Positions 1-10,452 are shown, counted from the stretch's first letter. The stretch is 63,659 bases of DNA from Alphaproteobacteria bacterium (GCA_030746635.1 JASLMH010000003.1:1-63659), one strand, 5' to 3'. Notes: a model not told the origin generated them from the letters alone. Translations and numbers: made by a program.

Positions 1-2
1 TG

Positions 3-2113
3 GGCGTGCTCCACCTGGAGTTGGGCGACCCGGCGGCGGCGGAAAAGGAACTGCTGCGGGCCCAGAGGCTCGGCGTCGGGCGGCAGCGGATCATCGAGCC
101 GCTGAACCAGGCCCGCCTGCGGTTGGGCAAGTTCCGCGAGGTTCTCACCCAGGCCCTGGTGGCGAAGGACGATCCACCGACCCGGGCGGTTGCCATTCAG
201 GTCCTGCGCGGCCGGGCCCATGGTGGCCTGGAGGAATGGGATGCGGCGCGCAAGGCATTCGAAGCGGCGCTGACGCTCGATCCGGACCACCTGGCGGCGC
301 TGGTGCTGCTGGGCCGCGTCGCCCTGGCGCGCAAGGACATCGACAAGGCCAACGAGATCCTCGCGCGCGCCAGGGACCTGGCGCCCTACGACACAGATAT
401 ATTGGCGCTCGAAGGCGCCGTGGCGGTCAGGAACGAGCAATACGAGGTGGCGGCGACGGCTCTGGCCCAGGCCGCCGCCAACCGCCCGGAGAATCCGGGC
501 TATCTGCTGGCCCTGGGCGAAGCCTACCTTATGGCCGGGCGGCCGGCGAAAGCACTGGCACCGCTGACCGAGGCGCTGGAGATCAACGACCGCATCTACC
601 TCGCCTATTATTTGCGCGGCGTCGCCTACTATGAACTGAAAAACTACGAGCAGGCGGAGGAGGAAACCCGGGTGGCGCTGAGCCATGCCTCGAAGTTTGC
701 CCCAGGCTATTTCATTCGGGGCGCTGCCCGGCTGGCGCTGGGGAACTTCCAGGGTGCCCGCGACGATCTGAAATACTATGTCCAGGCAAGGCCGGACCAT
801 ACCCATGCCCGCAAGCTGCTGGCCGAGGCCAACCGGCGCACCGGCAGGTCGGAACAGGCCCTTGCGGGCGCCCGGGCATGGCCGAACAGAACCCCGACGA
901 TCAGGCGCTGTTGAATTTGGCCGGAGTGGCGGCGCTTCGCCAGGGCGATCTGTTCGCCGGGCGTGCCTATCTGGAGGAATTCGCCCGCCATGCACCCGAG
1001 GACAGTGTTGCCCGCGCGCGACTGGGCTGGACCCGTTTCGCCTTGGGCGAAGGCGAAGCCGGACTGGCGGACCTGGAGGCGGCTGTTGGCAAGAATTCCA
1101 AGATGCCGCGCAGCGAACTCAAGGTCATTCGTCAGTATCTGGCGGCGCGGCGCTTCGACGACGCGCTGAGGGCGACGCGGCGCTTTCAGCGGCGACATCT
1201 GGATGATTCCACCGGCGTGATCCTGGAAGCGGTCATCCTGCGGGCGTGGGGCAAGGGGGACGCCGCGGCGGCAGTGCTCCATGAAGCGCAGGACAGCCGG
1301 CCCGGCGATATCCGCATCGCCCATCTACAGGCGGCGATCGCCATGCAGGGGCGACGCTTCGACGAAGCGCGCGAACACTACCATCGGGTCGTCGGGCGCG
1401 ATCCCGATCACGCGCCGACCCTGCTCGCCCTATGGCGCCTGGAGCGCCGGACCGGCAATCGGGCCGCCGCCGATGGCTGGCTGAAACGAGCACGCGAGTC
1501 GTTGGACACCGCGCTCAGATACGACCCCGATGATGTCACTGCAACGCTGCTGCGCGCGCAGGTCGCCCTGACCGAAAACGATACGGAAACCGCCGCGCCG
1601 TTGATCGAGAAGCTCGAGAACGCGGCGCTGATCGACCCGCGCGTGATCGCGTTGAGCGCGCGTCTGGCCGTTGCCGAGGAACGCCATGGCGATGCGGCAC
1701 GCACCTATCGGCGGCTCCTGAACATCCGGCCGTCGACCGCCAATGTTCTGCGCCTCGCCGAGGCCCAGCGGCGCGCCGAGCAGCTCGAGGGGGCAACCCT
1801 GACGCTGGCCAATTGGCTCAAGAAACGACCGGAGGATCATCGCGTCCGCTTCACCCTCGGCACCTACTATTTGCTGCTTCAGGCCTGGGCCAAATCACAA
1901 ACGGTCTTTGCAGCGCTGGTCGAAGCATTCCCGAAGAACCCGGTCGCCCGCAATAATCTCGCCTGGAGCCAATTCAAGCTGGGAAATTTGGAGGCGGCCC
2001 TGGACCAGGCGAAGCGGGCGCGCGAACTGGCGCCGGACAACGCGGGCATCAAGGACACCCTGGAGCAAATTCTGGCCGCGCAGCGGCAGGGGGCGGCGCC
2101 GAAGCGGCAGTGA
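3..2113 (+). pseudogene. PrsT-like TPR-repeat protein of PEP-CTERM/exosortase systems; 5' end runs off the window; apparent 1-nt frameshift near 875-880
   Basis: ORFs 6..914 and 878..2113 both encode TPR helices (LGDPAAAEKELLRA; NPVARNNLAWSQFKLGN; APDNAGIKDTL). Adding one base in GCCCGGGCATG gives the continuous EQALAGARAMAEQNPDDQALLNLAG. PEP-CTERM genes occur elsewhere in the window. Could be a sequencing indel rather than a true pseudogene. Confidence 0.65.
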
Positions 2114-2158
2114 GGCGTCAACCCCGGCCGCCTGAGCGATCGCCGCAGCCGTTGCGTC

Positions 2159-3319
2159 TCAGAACACCCCATCCTCGCGCATCGCCGCGATGTCGCCGTC
2201 GGCGTAGCCCAGGCCGCGCAGCACCTGTTCGGTGTGCTGGCCCAGTTCGGCGAGTTCGAAGCGCAACTGCCCCGGTTCCTGGCGGAACTTCATCGGGATG
2301 CCGATATGCTCCCAGCCGCGCTCGTCCTCGACGATCATTTGGCGGTGGCGCAGTTGCGGGTCGTCGGCGCCCTGGCGCAGGTCGTTGAGGGGCGCGAAGG
2401 CGGCGTCGACGTCGGCGAACCAATCGCACCATTCGGCCTGGGTCCTGGTCCTGAAGGTCTCGGAGAGGAACTCCTTGACCGGGTCTTGGTTCGGGCCCGG
2501 CGGCGGCTCGCACAGCGGGATCAGGTCCGGCCGGCCCATCTTGTTCAGGATGGCGGCGGCGAAATGCATCTCGGCCCCGCCCAGCACCACCCACTTGTCG
2601 TCCTTGGTCTCGTACATGCGGTACATGGCGTTGCCGCCCCACGAGCGTTCGTGCTTGGCGTAGGGCGCCCGCTTCTCGGCGAACACCGGGCCCATGTTGT
2701 TGGGCATGGCGGCAACCACGCTGTCCATCATCGCCAGGTCGATATAGTCGCCCTGGCCCGTGTCCTTGCGCCGCAATAGCGCCATCAGCACCGCCGACAG
2801 GCCCATCATCGAGGACAGCATGTCGGCGTTGGCGATGGCCGGAATGGCCGGCCGGTCGTCCGGGCCGAGGTTGACGCTGAGAATGCCGGCATAGGCCTCG
2901 GTCGCCATGTCGTGGGCCGGCCTGTTTACGTAGGGGCCGTCCTGGCCGAAGGCCGAGATCGAGGCATAGACGATGCCGGGATGGCGGGCCGCCACCGCCT
3001 CGTAGCCGACGCCGAGGCGGTCGACCACGCCGGGGCGGAAGGCCTCGATCATGACATCGCAGCTCTCGGCCAGGCGCAGCGCCGCCTCGCGGCCGGCCTC
3101 GGTCTTCAGGTTGAGCTGGATGCTCTTCTTGTTGCGGTGGGTGTTGGCGAAGAACACCGAGACGCCGTCACGTTTCAGGCCGATCTCGCGGTTCGGCTCG
3201 CCACCGTTGATCGGTTCCAGCTTGATCACCTCGGCGCCGTGGTCCGCCATCATCTGGGTCAACAGGGGACCCGGCAGGAACAGCGATAAATCAAGGACAC
3301 GGATGCCTTCAAGTTTCAT
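2159..3319 (-). CDS. Family III CoA-transferase (CaiB/BaiF)
   Basis: MKLEGIRVLDLSLFLPGP...GAEVIKLEP, HRNKKSIQLNLK, candidate catalytic Asp in NADMLSS; ATG at 3319. Confidence 0.9.
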   Translation of the reverse strand: MKLEGIRVLDLSLFLPGPLLTQMMADHGAEVIKLEPINGGEPNREIGLKRDGVSVFFANTHRNKKSIQLNLKTEAGREAALRLAESCDVMIEAFRPGVVDRLGVGYEAVAARHPGIVYASISAFGQDGPYVNRPAHDMATEAYAGILSVNLGPDDRPAIPAIANADMLSSMMGLSAVLMALLRRKDTGQGDYIDLAMMDSVVAAMPNNMGPVFAEKRAPYAKHERSWGGNAMYRMYETKDDKWVVLGGAEMHFAAAILNKMGRPDLIPLCEPPPGPNQDPVKEFLSETFRTRTQAEWCDWFADVDAAFAPLNDLRQGADDPQLRHRQMIVEDERGWEHIGIPMKFRQEPGQLRFELAELGQHTEQVLRGLGYADGDIAAMREDGVF

Positions 3320-3357
3320 GATGCCTACTCTTCTTTCGGTTCGGTTGGTTCGTTCGG

Positions 3358-4545
3358 TTAGACGGCGCCGTCGTCGCGCAGGGCGGCGACTTCCTCGGCG
3401 GAATAGCCCAGCTCTTCCAGGATCGGCCCGGTATCCGCGCCCAGCTTCGGGCCGGGCCGGGCCGGGATCGGTTCGCCCAGGCGGATCGGATTGTTCAACA
3501 GCTTCAGGCCCGGCCGGTCCGGGTGGTCGACCTCCTGGATGCCGCCGTGCTGGCGGAAGAACGGGCTGTCCAGGGCCTGGGCCAGGTCGTTGACCGGGCC
3601 GCAGGGCACGGCGCCGGCCAGCAACTCGATCCACTCGGCGGTGTCCCGTTGCTGCAACACCTCGTCCAGCAGTTCGGTCAATTCGTCGCGATGCTCGTGG
3701 CGGCCCTCGTAATCCTTGAACCTGTCGTCCGCTTTCCACTCGGGCCGGCCGACCTTGTCGCACAGGGTTTCCCAGAACCGCTGGTGCTGGGCCATGACGA
3801 AGATCCAGCCGTCCCGGGTGCGGTAGAGCTGCGAGGGGACGACGAAGGGATGGCCCGAACGGGCCACCCGGCCGGTGCGCAGGCCCTCGTTCAGATACCA
3901 AACCGCCGGATAGCTCAACTGGTGCATGGCGACGTCGAACAGCGAGACCTGCAGATCGCGCCCCTGGCCGCTCTGCCGCGCCTCGGTGATGCCGGCGAGG
4001 AGGGCGAACATGGCGGTGATGCCGGTCATGAAGTCGACCACCGACAGTCCGAACCGGGCCGGCGGGCCGTCCGGTTCGCCGGTGAGGTCGAGGAACCCGG
4101 CCTCCGCCTGCATCAGGAAGTCATAGCCCGGCCAGCCGGCCCGCTCGCCCTCGCTGCCATAGGCCGACAGATGGGTGCAGACCAGGCGCGGGTTTGCCGC
4201 CTTCAGGTCGTCGTAACGCAGGCCCAGCTTGGCCGGCTGATTGCCGCGCAGGTTGTCGATCAGGCCGTCGGCGCTGGCCGCCAGGCGGTGCAGCACCTCC
4301 CTGCCGCGGGGGTGCTTCAGGTCCAGGGAGAGCGAGCGTTTGTTGCGGTTGAAGGACTGAAAGAACTGGGAATCGTTTTCGCCCAGGTGATAGGGGCCGA
4401 TGCCGCGGGACATGTCGCCGCCCGTCCGCCGGTTCTCGATCTTGATGACGTCGGCGCCCAGGTCGGCCAGATAGCCGGTGCCGTACGGCCCGGCGCCGTA
4501 ATGTTCGACGGTGATGACGCGCAGGCCGGAAAGCGGCAGGCTCAC
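3358..4545 (-). CDS. Family III CoA-transferase (CaiB/BaiF)
   Basis: PLSGLRVITVEHYGAGP, NRNKRSLSLDLK, VVDFMTG; GTG start overlaps the upstream stop (GTGA). Confidence 0.9.
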   Translation of the reverse strand: MSLPLSGLRVITVEHYGAGPYGTGYLADLGADVIKIENRRTGGDMSRGIGPYHLGENDSQFFQSFNRNKRSLSLDLKHPRGREVLHRLAASADGLIDNLRGNQPAKLGLRYDDLKAANPRLVCTHLSAYGSEGERAGWPGYDFLMQAEAGFLDLTGEPDGPPARFGLSVVDFMTGITAMFALLAGITEARQSGQGRDLQVSLFDVAMHQLSYPAVWYLNEGLRTGRVARSGHPFVVPSQLYRTRDGWIFVMAQHQRFWETLCDKVGRPEWKADDRFKDYEGRHEHRDELTELLDEVLQQRDTAEWIELLAGAVPCGPVNDLAQALDSPFFRQHGGIQEVDHPDRPGLKLLNNPIRLGEPIPARPGPKLGADTGPILEELGYSAEEVAALRDDGAV

Positions 4546-5723
4546 ACCGGGTTCCTCTCGATCAGTTGCCGGGCGATGATGATCCGCTGCATCTCGTTGG
4601 TGCCCTCGCCGATGCACATCAACGGCGCGTCGCGGTAATAGCGTTCGACGTGGAATTCCTTGGAATAGCCGTAGCCGCCATGGATGCGCATGCATTCGGT
4701 GCTGTTTTCCAGCGCCGCTTCCGAGGCGAACAGCTTCGCCATGCCGGCCTCCATGTCGCAGCGTTCGCCCTTGTCGTAGGCCCGGGCGGCGGATTCCACC
4801 AGCAGCCTGGCGGCCTCGCAACGGGTCGCCATGTCGCCCAGCTTGAGCTGGATCGCCTGATGCTGGCAGATCGGCTTGCCCATGGTTTCGCGCACCTGGG
4901 AATAGGCGGTGGCCTCCCGGAGGGCGGCGTTGGCGATGCCGACGCCACGGGCGGCGACGTTGATCCGGCCCAGTTCCAGTCCGCCGACGGCATGATGGAA
5001 GCCGCGCCCCTCCTCGCCGCCGATCAGGCAATCGGCCGGGATGCGATAGTCATCGAAGATCAGTTCGGCGGAATCGATGCCCTTGTAGCCGAGCTTCTCC
5101 AGCTTGCGGCTGACGGTGAAACCGGGGCCCTTTTCGGCGATGAACAGGCTCATGCCCCTATGCCGGGGCTGGGCCTCGGGATCGGTTTTCACCAGCAGGG
5201 CATAGCAACTGCCCTCGATGCCGTTGGAGATCCAGGTCTTGGTGCCGTTGATCACGTAGTCGTCGCCGTCGCGCACCGCCCGCATGCGGATCGCCTGCAG
5301 ATCGGTGCCGCAATTGGGTTCGGTCAGGGCCAGGCCGCCGCGGATCTCGCCGGCCGCGAAGCGGGGCAGGAACTTTCGCCGTTGATCCTCGGTGCCGAAG
5401 CGTTCCACCGCCGCCGACATGATCAGGTGGGAATTGAAGATGCCGCTCAACGACATCCAGACCTCGGAAACGGCGGTGACGATCTTGGCGTAGGTCGAGG
5501 CCGGCAGCCCCAGGCCGCCGTATTCCTGGCCGATGGTGGCACCGAACAGGCCCAACTCCTTCATCTGTTCGACCATCTCGTGGGGGTATTCGTCGGCATG
5601 CTCCATCGCCAGCACCTTGTCGCTGACATCCCGGTCCAGCCAGCGCCGGACCGCGTCCAGCAACTGCGTCTCGTCCTCGCTGGTGATGGTCTCGCCGGTG
5701 CGACTGACCAAATTCTCGCTCAT
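4542..5723 (-). CDS. Acyl-CoA dehydrogenase
   Basis: ALTEPNCGTDL, NGTKTWISNG, HGGYGYSKEF, IGEGTNEMQR (MCAD-type catalytic Glu position). Confidence 0.93.
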   Translation of the reverse strand: MSENLVSRTGETITSEDETQLLDAVRRWLDRDVSDKVLAMEHADEYPHEMVEQMKELGLFGATIGQEYGGLGLPASTYAKIVTAVSEVWMSLSGIFNSHLIMSAAVERFGTEDQRRKFLPRFAAGEIRGGLALTEPNCGTDLQAIRMRAVRDGDDYVINGTKTWISNGIEGSCYALLVKTDPEAQPRHRGMSLFIAEKGPGFTVSRKLEKLGYKGIDSAELIFDDYRIPADCLIGGEEGRGFHHAVGGLELGRINVAARGVGIANAALREATAYSQVRETMGKPICQHQAIQLKLGDMATRCEAARLLVESAARAYDKGERCDMEAGMAKLFASEAALENSTECMRIHGGYGYSKEFHVERYYRDAPLMCIGEGTNEMQRIIIARQLIERNPV

Positions 5724-5732
5724 CTCGTCCTC

Positions 5733-6260
5733 CTAGCCGGCTGCAGCCGCGATCTTGTCCTCGACCCCATGGCCTCGTTTTGGCACCAGCACCGAGCGTC
5801 GGTAGCTCATCACCAGGCTGCCGTCCTGCTTGTGGGCGCGGGTTTCCACGCTGACGATGCCCTGGGTCGGGCGGGATTTGGATTCCCGTTTTTCCAGCAC
5901 TTCCGACTCGGCATAGATGGTGTCGCCGTTGAACACCGGCGCCGGCATCCGGATGTCGGTCCAGCCGAGGTTGGCGATGGCCTTCTGGCTGATGTCGGAG
6001 ACGCTCATGCCGGCGACGATGGACAGGGTCAGGGCGCTGTTGACGACGGGTTTGCCGAATTCGCTGTGCCGGGCGTACTCGGCGTCGAAGTGGAGCGGGT
6101 GCTGGTTCATGGTCAACAGGGTGAACCAGGTGTTGTCGGCCTCGGAGATGGTGCGTCCGGGACGGTGTTCGTAGACGTCGCCGACGTTGAAGTCCTCGAA
6201 ATAACGGCCGAACGACTCCTGATATCGGTTCGGTCCAACCTCTTTCGCCTCCGCGACCAT
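5733..6260 (-). CDS. MaoC-family (hot-dog) dehydratase/hydratase
   Basis: GRYFEDFNVGDVYEHRPGRTISEADN...NQHPLHFD; AGGAG RBS upstream of ATG 6260. Confidence 0.88.
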   Translation of the reverse strand: MVAEAKEVGPNRYQESFGRYFEDFNVGDVYEHRPGRTISEADNTWFTLLTMNQHPLHFDAEYARHSEFGKPVVNSALTLSIVAGMSVSDISQKAIANLGWTDIRMPAPVFNGDTIYAESEVLEKRESKSRPTQGIVSVETRAHKQDGSLVMSYRRSVLVPKRGHGVEDKIAAAAG

Positions 6261-6270
6261 GCACCTTCTC

Positions 6271-6921
6271 CTAGTTAGGCTGTTTGTCCGCCAGTTCCTG
6301 CAAATACTCGATTTCACTATCGCTGAACTGCGTGCCCATCTTCCTGCCCTTTTTGGCATAGTGAAGGGCTTTTCTGGCATCGCCGATGCCGAGATACGCC
6401 TTCACCAGGCCAAAGTACGCCGGTGGGATTTTCTCGTCCATGGCCAGCGCGGCTTCGAACATGGGAATGGCGTCCCGCGGCCGGCCGCCGGTTTCCAGGA
6501 TGCGGCCGTAGTCGACAAACAGAGCCGGGTCGTCGGTGACCAATCTGCGGGCCCACTCAAACATCTTGACGGCGCCGGCCAGATCCTTGTCCCGGGTATA
6601 CAGAATGACCGCGAAACCCCAATAGGCCCGGCCGTTACCGGGATTCAATCCCCAGGCCTGATTGAACCTTTTCATGGCCGTGGCATGGTCGCCCCGGCTC
6701 AAGTATTGCCAGCCCAGATCGACCGCCCTGTTCGAGGCGAACTGCACGGTCTTGTCGACCTTCTTCGCGGCGGCGGCATCGGGGGGCTCGTATTGCCCAG
6801 CCCGACCCGCACGGTCCATTTTGCCGTACATGAGACGCTCGCTCATCGGTCGTTTATCTGTCGCGGCGGCGCCGGATACGGTGACTAGGCAAAGCGACAA
6901 TAGCAGCAAGATGTATCTCAT
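6271..6921 (-). CDS. Exported TPR-repeat protein
   Basis: Signal peptide MRYILLLLSLCLVTVSGAAA; TPR-like helices (AMKRFNQAWGLNP, AIPMFEAALAMD). Confidence 0.75.
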   Translation of the reverse strand: MRYILLLLSLCLVTVSGAAATDKRPMSERLMYGKMDRAGRAGQYEPPDAAAAKKVDKTVQFASNRAVDLGWQYLSRGDHATAMKRFNQAWGLNPGNGRAYWGFAVILYTRDKDLAGAVKMFEWARRLVTDDPALFVDYGRILETGGRPRDAIPMFEAALAMDEKIPPAYFGLVKAYLGIGDARKALHYAKKGRKMGTQFSDSEIEYLQELADKQPN

Positions 6922-7116
6922 CTTCAGGGTCTCCCGATGTCGCCAAGAAAAAGGCGAAATTTTTTTTGACTTTCTCGCGCTTATTGTATCGATGCTCTAT
7001 AGAAGCACCAACACAGGGGCGCGGTGCCAGTAGCAGCGGCTTTGGCAACGACGGGGGATCGGGTATTGTCGCCGCGATTTCGATTGACGCGAGAGCAAGC
7101 ACGGACGGCGACGCAG

Positions 7117-8283
7117 ATGGACCTTTCCTTTACCGACGACCAACTGGCGGTGCGCGACACCATCGCCAAGATTTGCGAGAAGTACGACGACGAATATTGG
7201 TTGAGCCGCGATCGCGACGGTGAGTTCCCCGAGGACTTCGTCAAGGATCTGGCCGACGGCGGCTGGCTGGGCATCGCCATGCCGACGGAATACGGCGGCT
7301 CGGGCCTGGGCATCACCGAGGCGGCCCTGATGATGCAGACCATCGCCCAATCGGGCGCCGGTTTTTCCGGCTGTTCGTCGATGCACATCAACATCTTCGG
7401 CCCGCATCCCATCGTCGTGCACGGCACCGACGAGCAGAAGCAGCGCATGCTGCCGCCCCTGATCAAGGGCGAGGATCGGACCTGTTTCGGCGTTACCGAG
7501 CCGAATGCCGGCCTGGACACCACGCGGATCGAGACCAAGGCGGAACTGCAGGGCGATCATTACATCGTCAACGGCCGCAAGATGTGGACCAGCACGGCCC
7601 AGACCGCCACCAAGATCATGCTGCTGGCCCGCACCACCCCGCGCGACGAGGCGGCCAAGCCGACCGAGGGCATCACCCTGTTCTATACCGATTTCGACCG
7701 CGACTATTGCGAGGCGCGGGTGATCGAGAAGATGGGCCGCAAGGCGGTGGATTCCAACGCCACCTTCTATGACAACCTGCCGGTGCCGGTGGAAAACCGG
7801 ATCGGCGAGGAGGGCAGGGGCTTCTACTACATCCTGGACGGCATCAATCCCGAGCGCATCCTGGTCGCGGCCGAGGCCGTCGGGCTGGGCCGCGCCGCCC
7901 TGCGCAAGGCGGTGGCCTATGCCGGCGAGCGGGTGGTGTTCGACCGGCCGATCGGCAAGAACCAGGCCATCCAGCATCCCCTGGCCGATGCCTGGGCACA
8001 CCTGGAAGCGGCCGACGCCATGGTCTGGCGGGCGGCCAGCTTGTACGACGCCGGCCAACCCTGCGGGGCCGAGGCCAACGCCGCCAAGTATCTGGCGGCC
8101 GAGGCCGGTTACACCGCCTGCGAACGGGCGGTGATGACCCATGGCGGCATGGGCTACGCCAAGGAATTCCATGTCGAACGCTACCTGCGGGAAAGCTTCA
8201 TCGCCCGCATCGCCCCGGTCAGCCGCGAGATGATCCTGAACTACATCAGCCAGCACGTCCTCGAACTGCCGCGGTCCTACTAG
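7117..8283 (+). CDS. Acyl-CoA dehydrogenase (IVD/LCAD-type catalytic Glu position)
   Basis: FGVTEPNAGLDT, NGRKMWTS, INPERILVA, HGGMGYAKEF; the C-terminal YEGT motif is replaced by APVS. Confidence 0.92.
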   Translation: MDLSFTDDQLAVRDTIAKICEKYDDEYWLSRDRDGEFPEDFVKDLADGGWLGIAMPTEYGGSGLGITEAALMMQTIAQSGAGFSGCSSMHINIFGPHPIVVHGTDEQKQRMLPPLIKGEDRTCFGVTEPNAGLDTTRIETKAELQGDHYIVNGRKMWTSTAQTATKIMLLARTTPRDEAAKPTEGITLFYTDFDRDYCEARVIEKMGRKAVDSNATFYDNLPVPVENRIGEEGRGFYYILDGINPERILVAAEAVGLGRAALRKAVAYAGERVVFDRPIGKNQAIQHPLADAWAHLEAADAMVWRAASLYDAGQPCGAEANAAKYLAAEAGYTACERAVMTHGGMGYAKEFHVERYLRESFIARIAPVSREMILNYISQHVLELPRSY

Positions 8284-8286
8284 GGC

Positions 8287-9501
8287 ATGGTTGAGCCAGC
8301 GGTGAAGGGCGCGCTGGACGGCTATCGCGTCGTCGACATCACCACCATCCTGCTGGGGCCGTACGGCACCCAGTTGCTGGGCGATGCCGGCGCCGACGTG
8401 ATCAAGGTGGAGGCACCGCCCACCGGCGACTCCACCCGCTATCTGGGCGCCGCCCGCCATGCCGGGATGAGCGGGCCGTTCCTGAACATGAACCGCAACA
8501 AGCGCTCGATCGCCCTGGATCTGAAGCAGGCGGGCGGCAAGCGGGCCTTGCGCCGGCTGATCGAAACCGCCGACGTGCTGGTCCACAACATGCGGCCGAA
8601 GGCGATCGCCCGGCTGGGTTTCGCCTATGACGACGTGAAGGCGATCAAGCCGGATATCGTCTATTGCGGCTGCTACGGGTTTTCCCAGCGCGGGCCGTAC
8701 GCCGACAAGCCGGCCTACGACGACCTGATCCAGGCCTGTTCCGGGCTGGCGGATCTGTTCCGCAACGTCGCGAACGAGCCGAACTACGCGCCGACGGTGA
8801 TGGTCGACAAGTTGACCGGTCTGATGATGAGCCAGGCGGTGACGACCGCATTGCTGCATCGCGAGCGCACCGGCGAGGGCCAGTACGTCGAGGTGCCGAT
8901 GTACGAGACCATGGTCTCGTTCCTGATGGTCGAGCATATCTACGAGCATGCCTTCGAACCGCCGCTGGGACCGTTGGGCTACCGCCGCCTGACCACGCCG
9001 CTGCGGCGACCGCATCGATCGAAGGACGGCTACCTGGCGGTGCTGCCCTATACCGAGAAGCAATGGCTGGGCTTCTTCGAGATTGCCGGGCGGCCGGAGT
9101 TGAAGGACGATCCCCGCTTCGCCGATCACGCCACCCGGACCGAACACGTACACGAGATCTATGCCATTCTGGCCGGTGCCCTGACCGAGAAGACCACCGC
9201 CGAATGGATGGCGCTGTGCGAACAGGTCGAGATCCCGGCGATGCCGGTGGCCAGCCTGGACGACGTCTTCAACGACCCGCATCTGGCCGAGGTCGGGTTG
9301 TTCCACCAACAGCACCATCCCAGCGAGGGCGCGGTGGTGATCACCGAGCCGCCGGTCGACTACTCCCGTTCGCCCGCTTCGATCCGCCGCCCGGCGCCGC
9401 GGCTGGGCCAGCACGGCGCCGAACTGCTGGCCGAACTGGGCTATGGCGAAACGGAGATCGAGGACCTGCGGGCCAGCGGCGCGCTGGCCGGGGAACCATG
9501 A
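8287..9501 (+). CDS. Family III CoA-transferase
   Basis: LDGYRVVDITTILLGP, NRNKRSIALDLK, MVDKLTG. Confidence 0.9.
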   Translation: MVEPAVKGALDGYRVVDITTILLGPYGTQLLGDAGADVIKVEAPPTGDSTRYLGAARHAGMSGPFLNMNRNKRSIALDLKQAGGKRALRRLIETADVLVHNMRPKAIARLGFAYDDVKAIKPDIVYCGCYGFSQRGPYADKPAYDDLIQACSGLADLFRNVANEPNYAPTVMVDKLTGLMMSQAVTTALLHRERTGEGQYVEVPMYETMVSFLMVEHIYEHAFEPPLGPLGYRRLTTPLRRPHRSKDGYLAVLPYTEKQWLGFFEIAGRPELKDDPRFADHATRTEHVHEIYAILAGALTEKTTAEWMALCEQVEIPAMPVASLDDVFNDPHLAEVGLFHQQHHPSEGAVVITEPPVDYSRSPASIRRPAPRLGQHGAELLAELGYGETEIEDLRASGALAGEP

Positions 9502-9514
9502 TGGAGGGCGAGTG

Positions 9515-9982
9515 ATGGACTACGTCGGATTGGGCCTGTACTGGAACGAGCTGGAAGTCGGCCAGAAGTTCCGCACCGTCGGCCGCACCGTGACCGAGGC
9601 GGACATCGTCAACTTCACCACCTGCACCGGCATGCTGGAGGTGCTGTTCACCGACATGCAGTACATCGAGGAGCATTCGCCGACCGGCCGGCGGATCGCC
9701 CCCGGCGCCCTGGCCTATACCTTCGCCGAGGGCCTATTGGTGCAGGCGACCATGCAGCATACCGGCCTGGCCTTCCTGAACATGGAGCTGGACGTCAAGG
9801 GCCCGGTCTTCGCCGGCGATACCATCCACGTGGAATGCGAGGTCGTGGAAATCCGGCCGACCTCGAAAGGCAACCGGGGACTGGTCCGCACCTTCAATCG
9901 AATCGTCAACCAGCACGATGAAACCGTCATCACCTACAACCCCCTGCGCATGATGGCGGGCCGGGAAAAGACGGGGAATTAG
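9515..9982 (+). CDS. MaoC-family dehydratase
   Basis: GLYWNELEVGQKFRTVGRTVTEADIV, PVFAGDTIHVECEV; GGAGG RBS upstream. Confidence 0.85.
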   Translation: MDYVGLGLYWNELEVGQKFRTVGRTVTEADIVNFTTCTGMLEVLFTDMQYIEEHSPTGRRIAPGALAYTFAEGLLVQATMQHTGLAFLNMELDVKGPVFAGDTIHVECEVVEIRPTSKGNRGLVRTFNRIVNQHDETVITYNPLRMMAGREKTGN

Positions 9983-10092
9983 CCTAAAGTCCCCGCCAAT
10001 GCTGCGATTCCGCCCGATCGTCCTTGTCAAGGCAGGGCGGCTCTGCTAGACGGGGCGCACTATCAACCTCGGAAACCAGTGGGAAGCAGGAT

Positions 10093-10377
10093 ATGAGCAA
10101 AGCCGCACTCATCGAGCGCGTGGCCAAGAAGGGCAAACTCTCGAAGGCCGAAGCCGGCCGCACGGTCGATCTCGTCTTGGGCGAAATGCAAGCGGGCCTG
10201 AAGGCGTCGAAGAAGGCAGGCAAGTACACGGTCGGTACTTTTGGCACCTTCTCGATCAGCAAGCGCAAGGCGCGCAAGGGCCGCAACCCGCAGACCGGCG
10301 AGCCGATCAAGATCAAGGCTTCAAAGGTGCTCAAGTTCAAGCCCGCGGCACAGCTCAAGAAAGCCGCCGGCTGCTAA
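10093..10377 (+). CDS. HU/IHF-family DNA-binding protein
   Basis: MSKAALIERVA..., FGTFSISKRKARKGRNPQTGEPIKIKA. Confidence 0.92.
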   Translation: MSKAALIERVAKKGKLSKAEAGRTVDLVLGEMQAGLKASKKAGKYTVGTFGTFSISKRKARKGRNPQTGEPIKIKASKVLKFKPAAQLKKAAGC

Positions 10378-10423
10378 TTGAGCCGGCCCGCGCGCCCAGG
10401 CGCGAGGCTCGGGCAGGAAAGGC

Positions 10424-10452
10424 GAAGGCCCGCGACCGTGTCGCGGGCCTTC
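10424..10452. terminator. Hairpin between convergent genes (probable bidirectional terminator)
   Basis: GAAGGCCCGCGAC-CGT-GTCGCGGGCCTTC, perfect 13-bp stem. Confidence 0.7.

Noticed and set aside
3334-3360. Short TTCGG/TTGG repeat tract between the CoA-transferases
   Set aside because: Too short and imperfect for a VNTR or CRISPR; seen only once.
2159-5031. Long N-terminal extensions in the ORF track (580-aa and 557-aa CoA-transferases; also the 649-aa serA and 560-aa oxidoreductase ORFs)
   Set aside because: The extensions overlap neighbouring genes and are Arg/Pro/Gly-rich noise; true starts were placed at the family N-termini.
6997-9414. 805-aa antisense ORF and many other long shadow ORFs (e.g. 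4566..6278, 50508..51941)
   Set aside because: They lie opposite well-supported genes, lack family motifs, and are expected in high-GC DNA.
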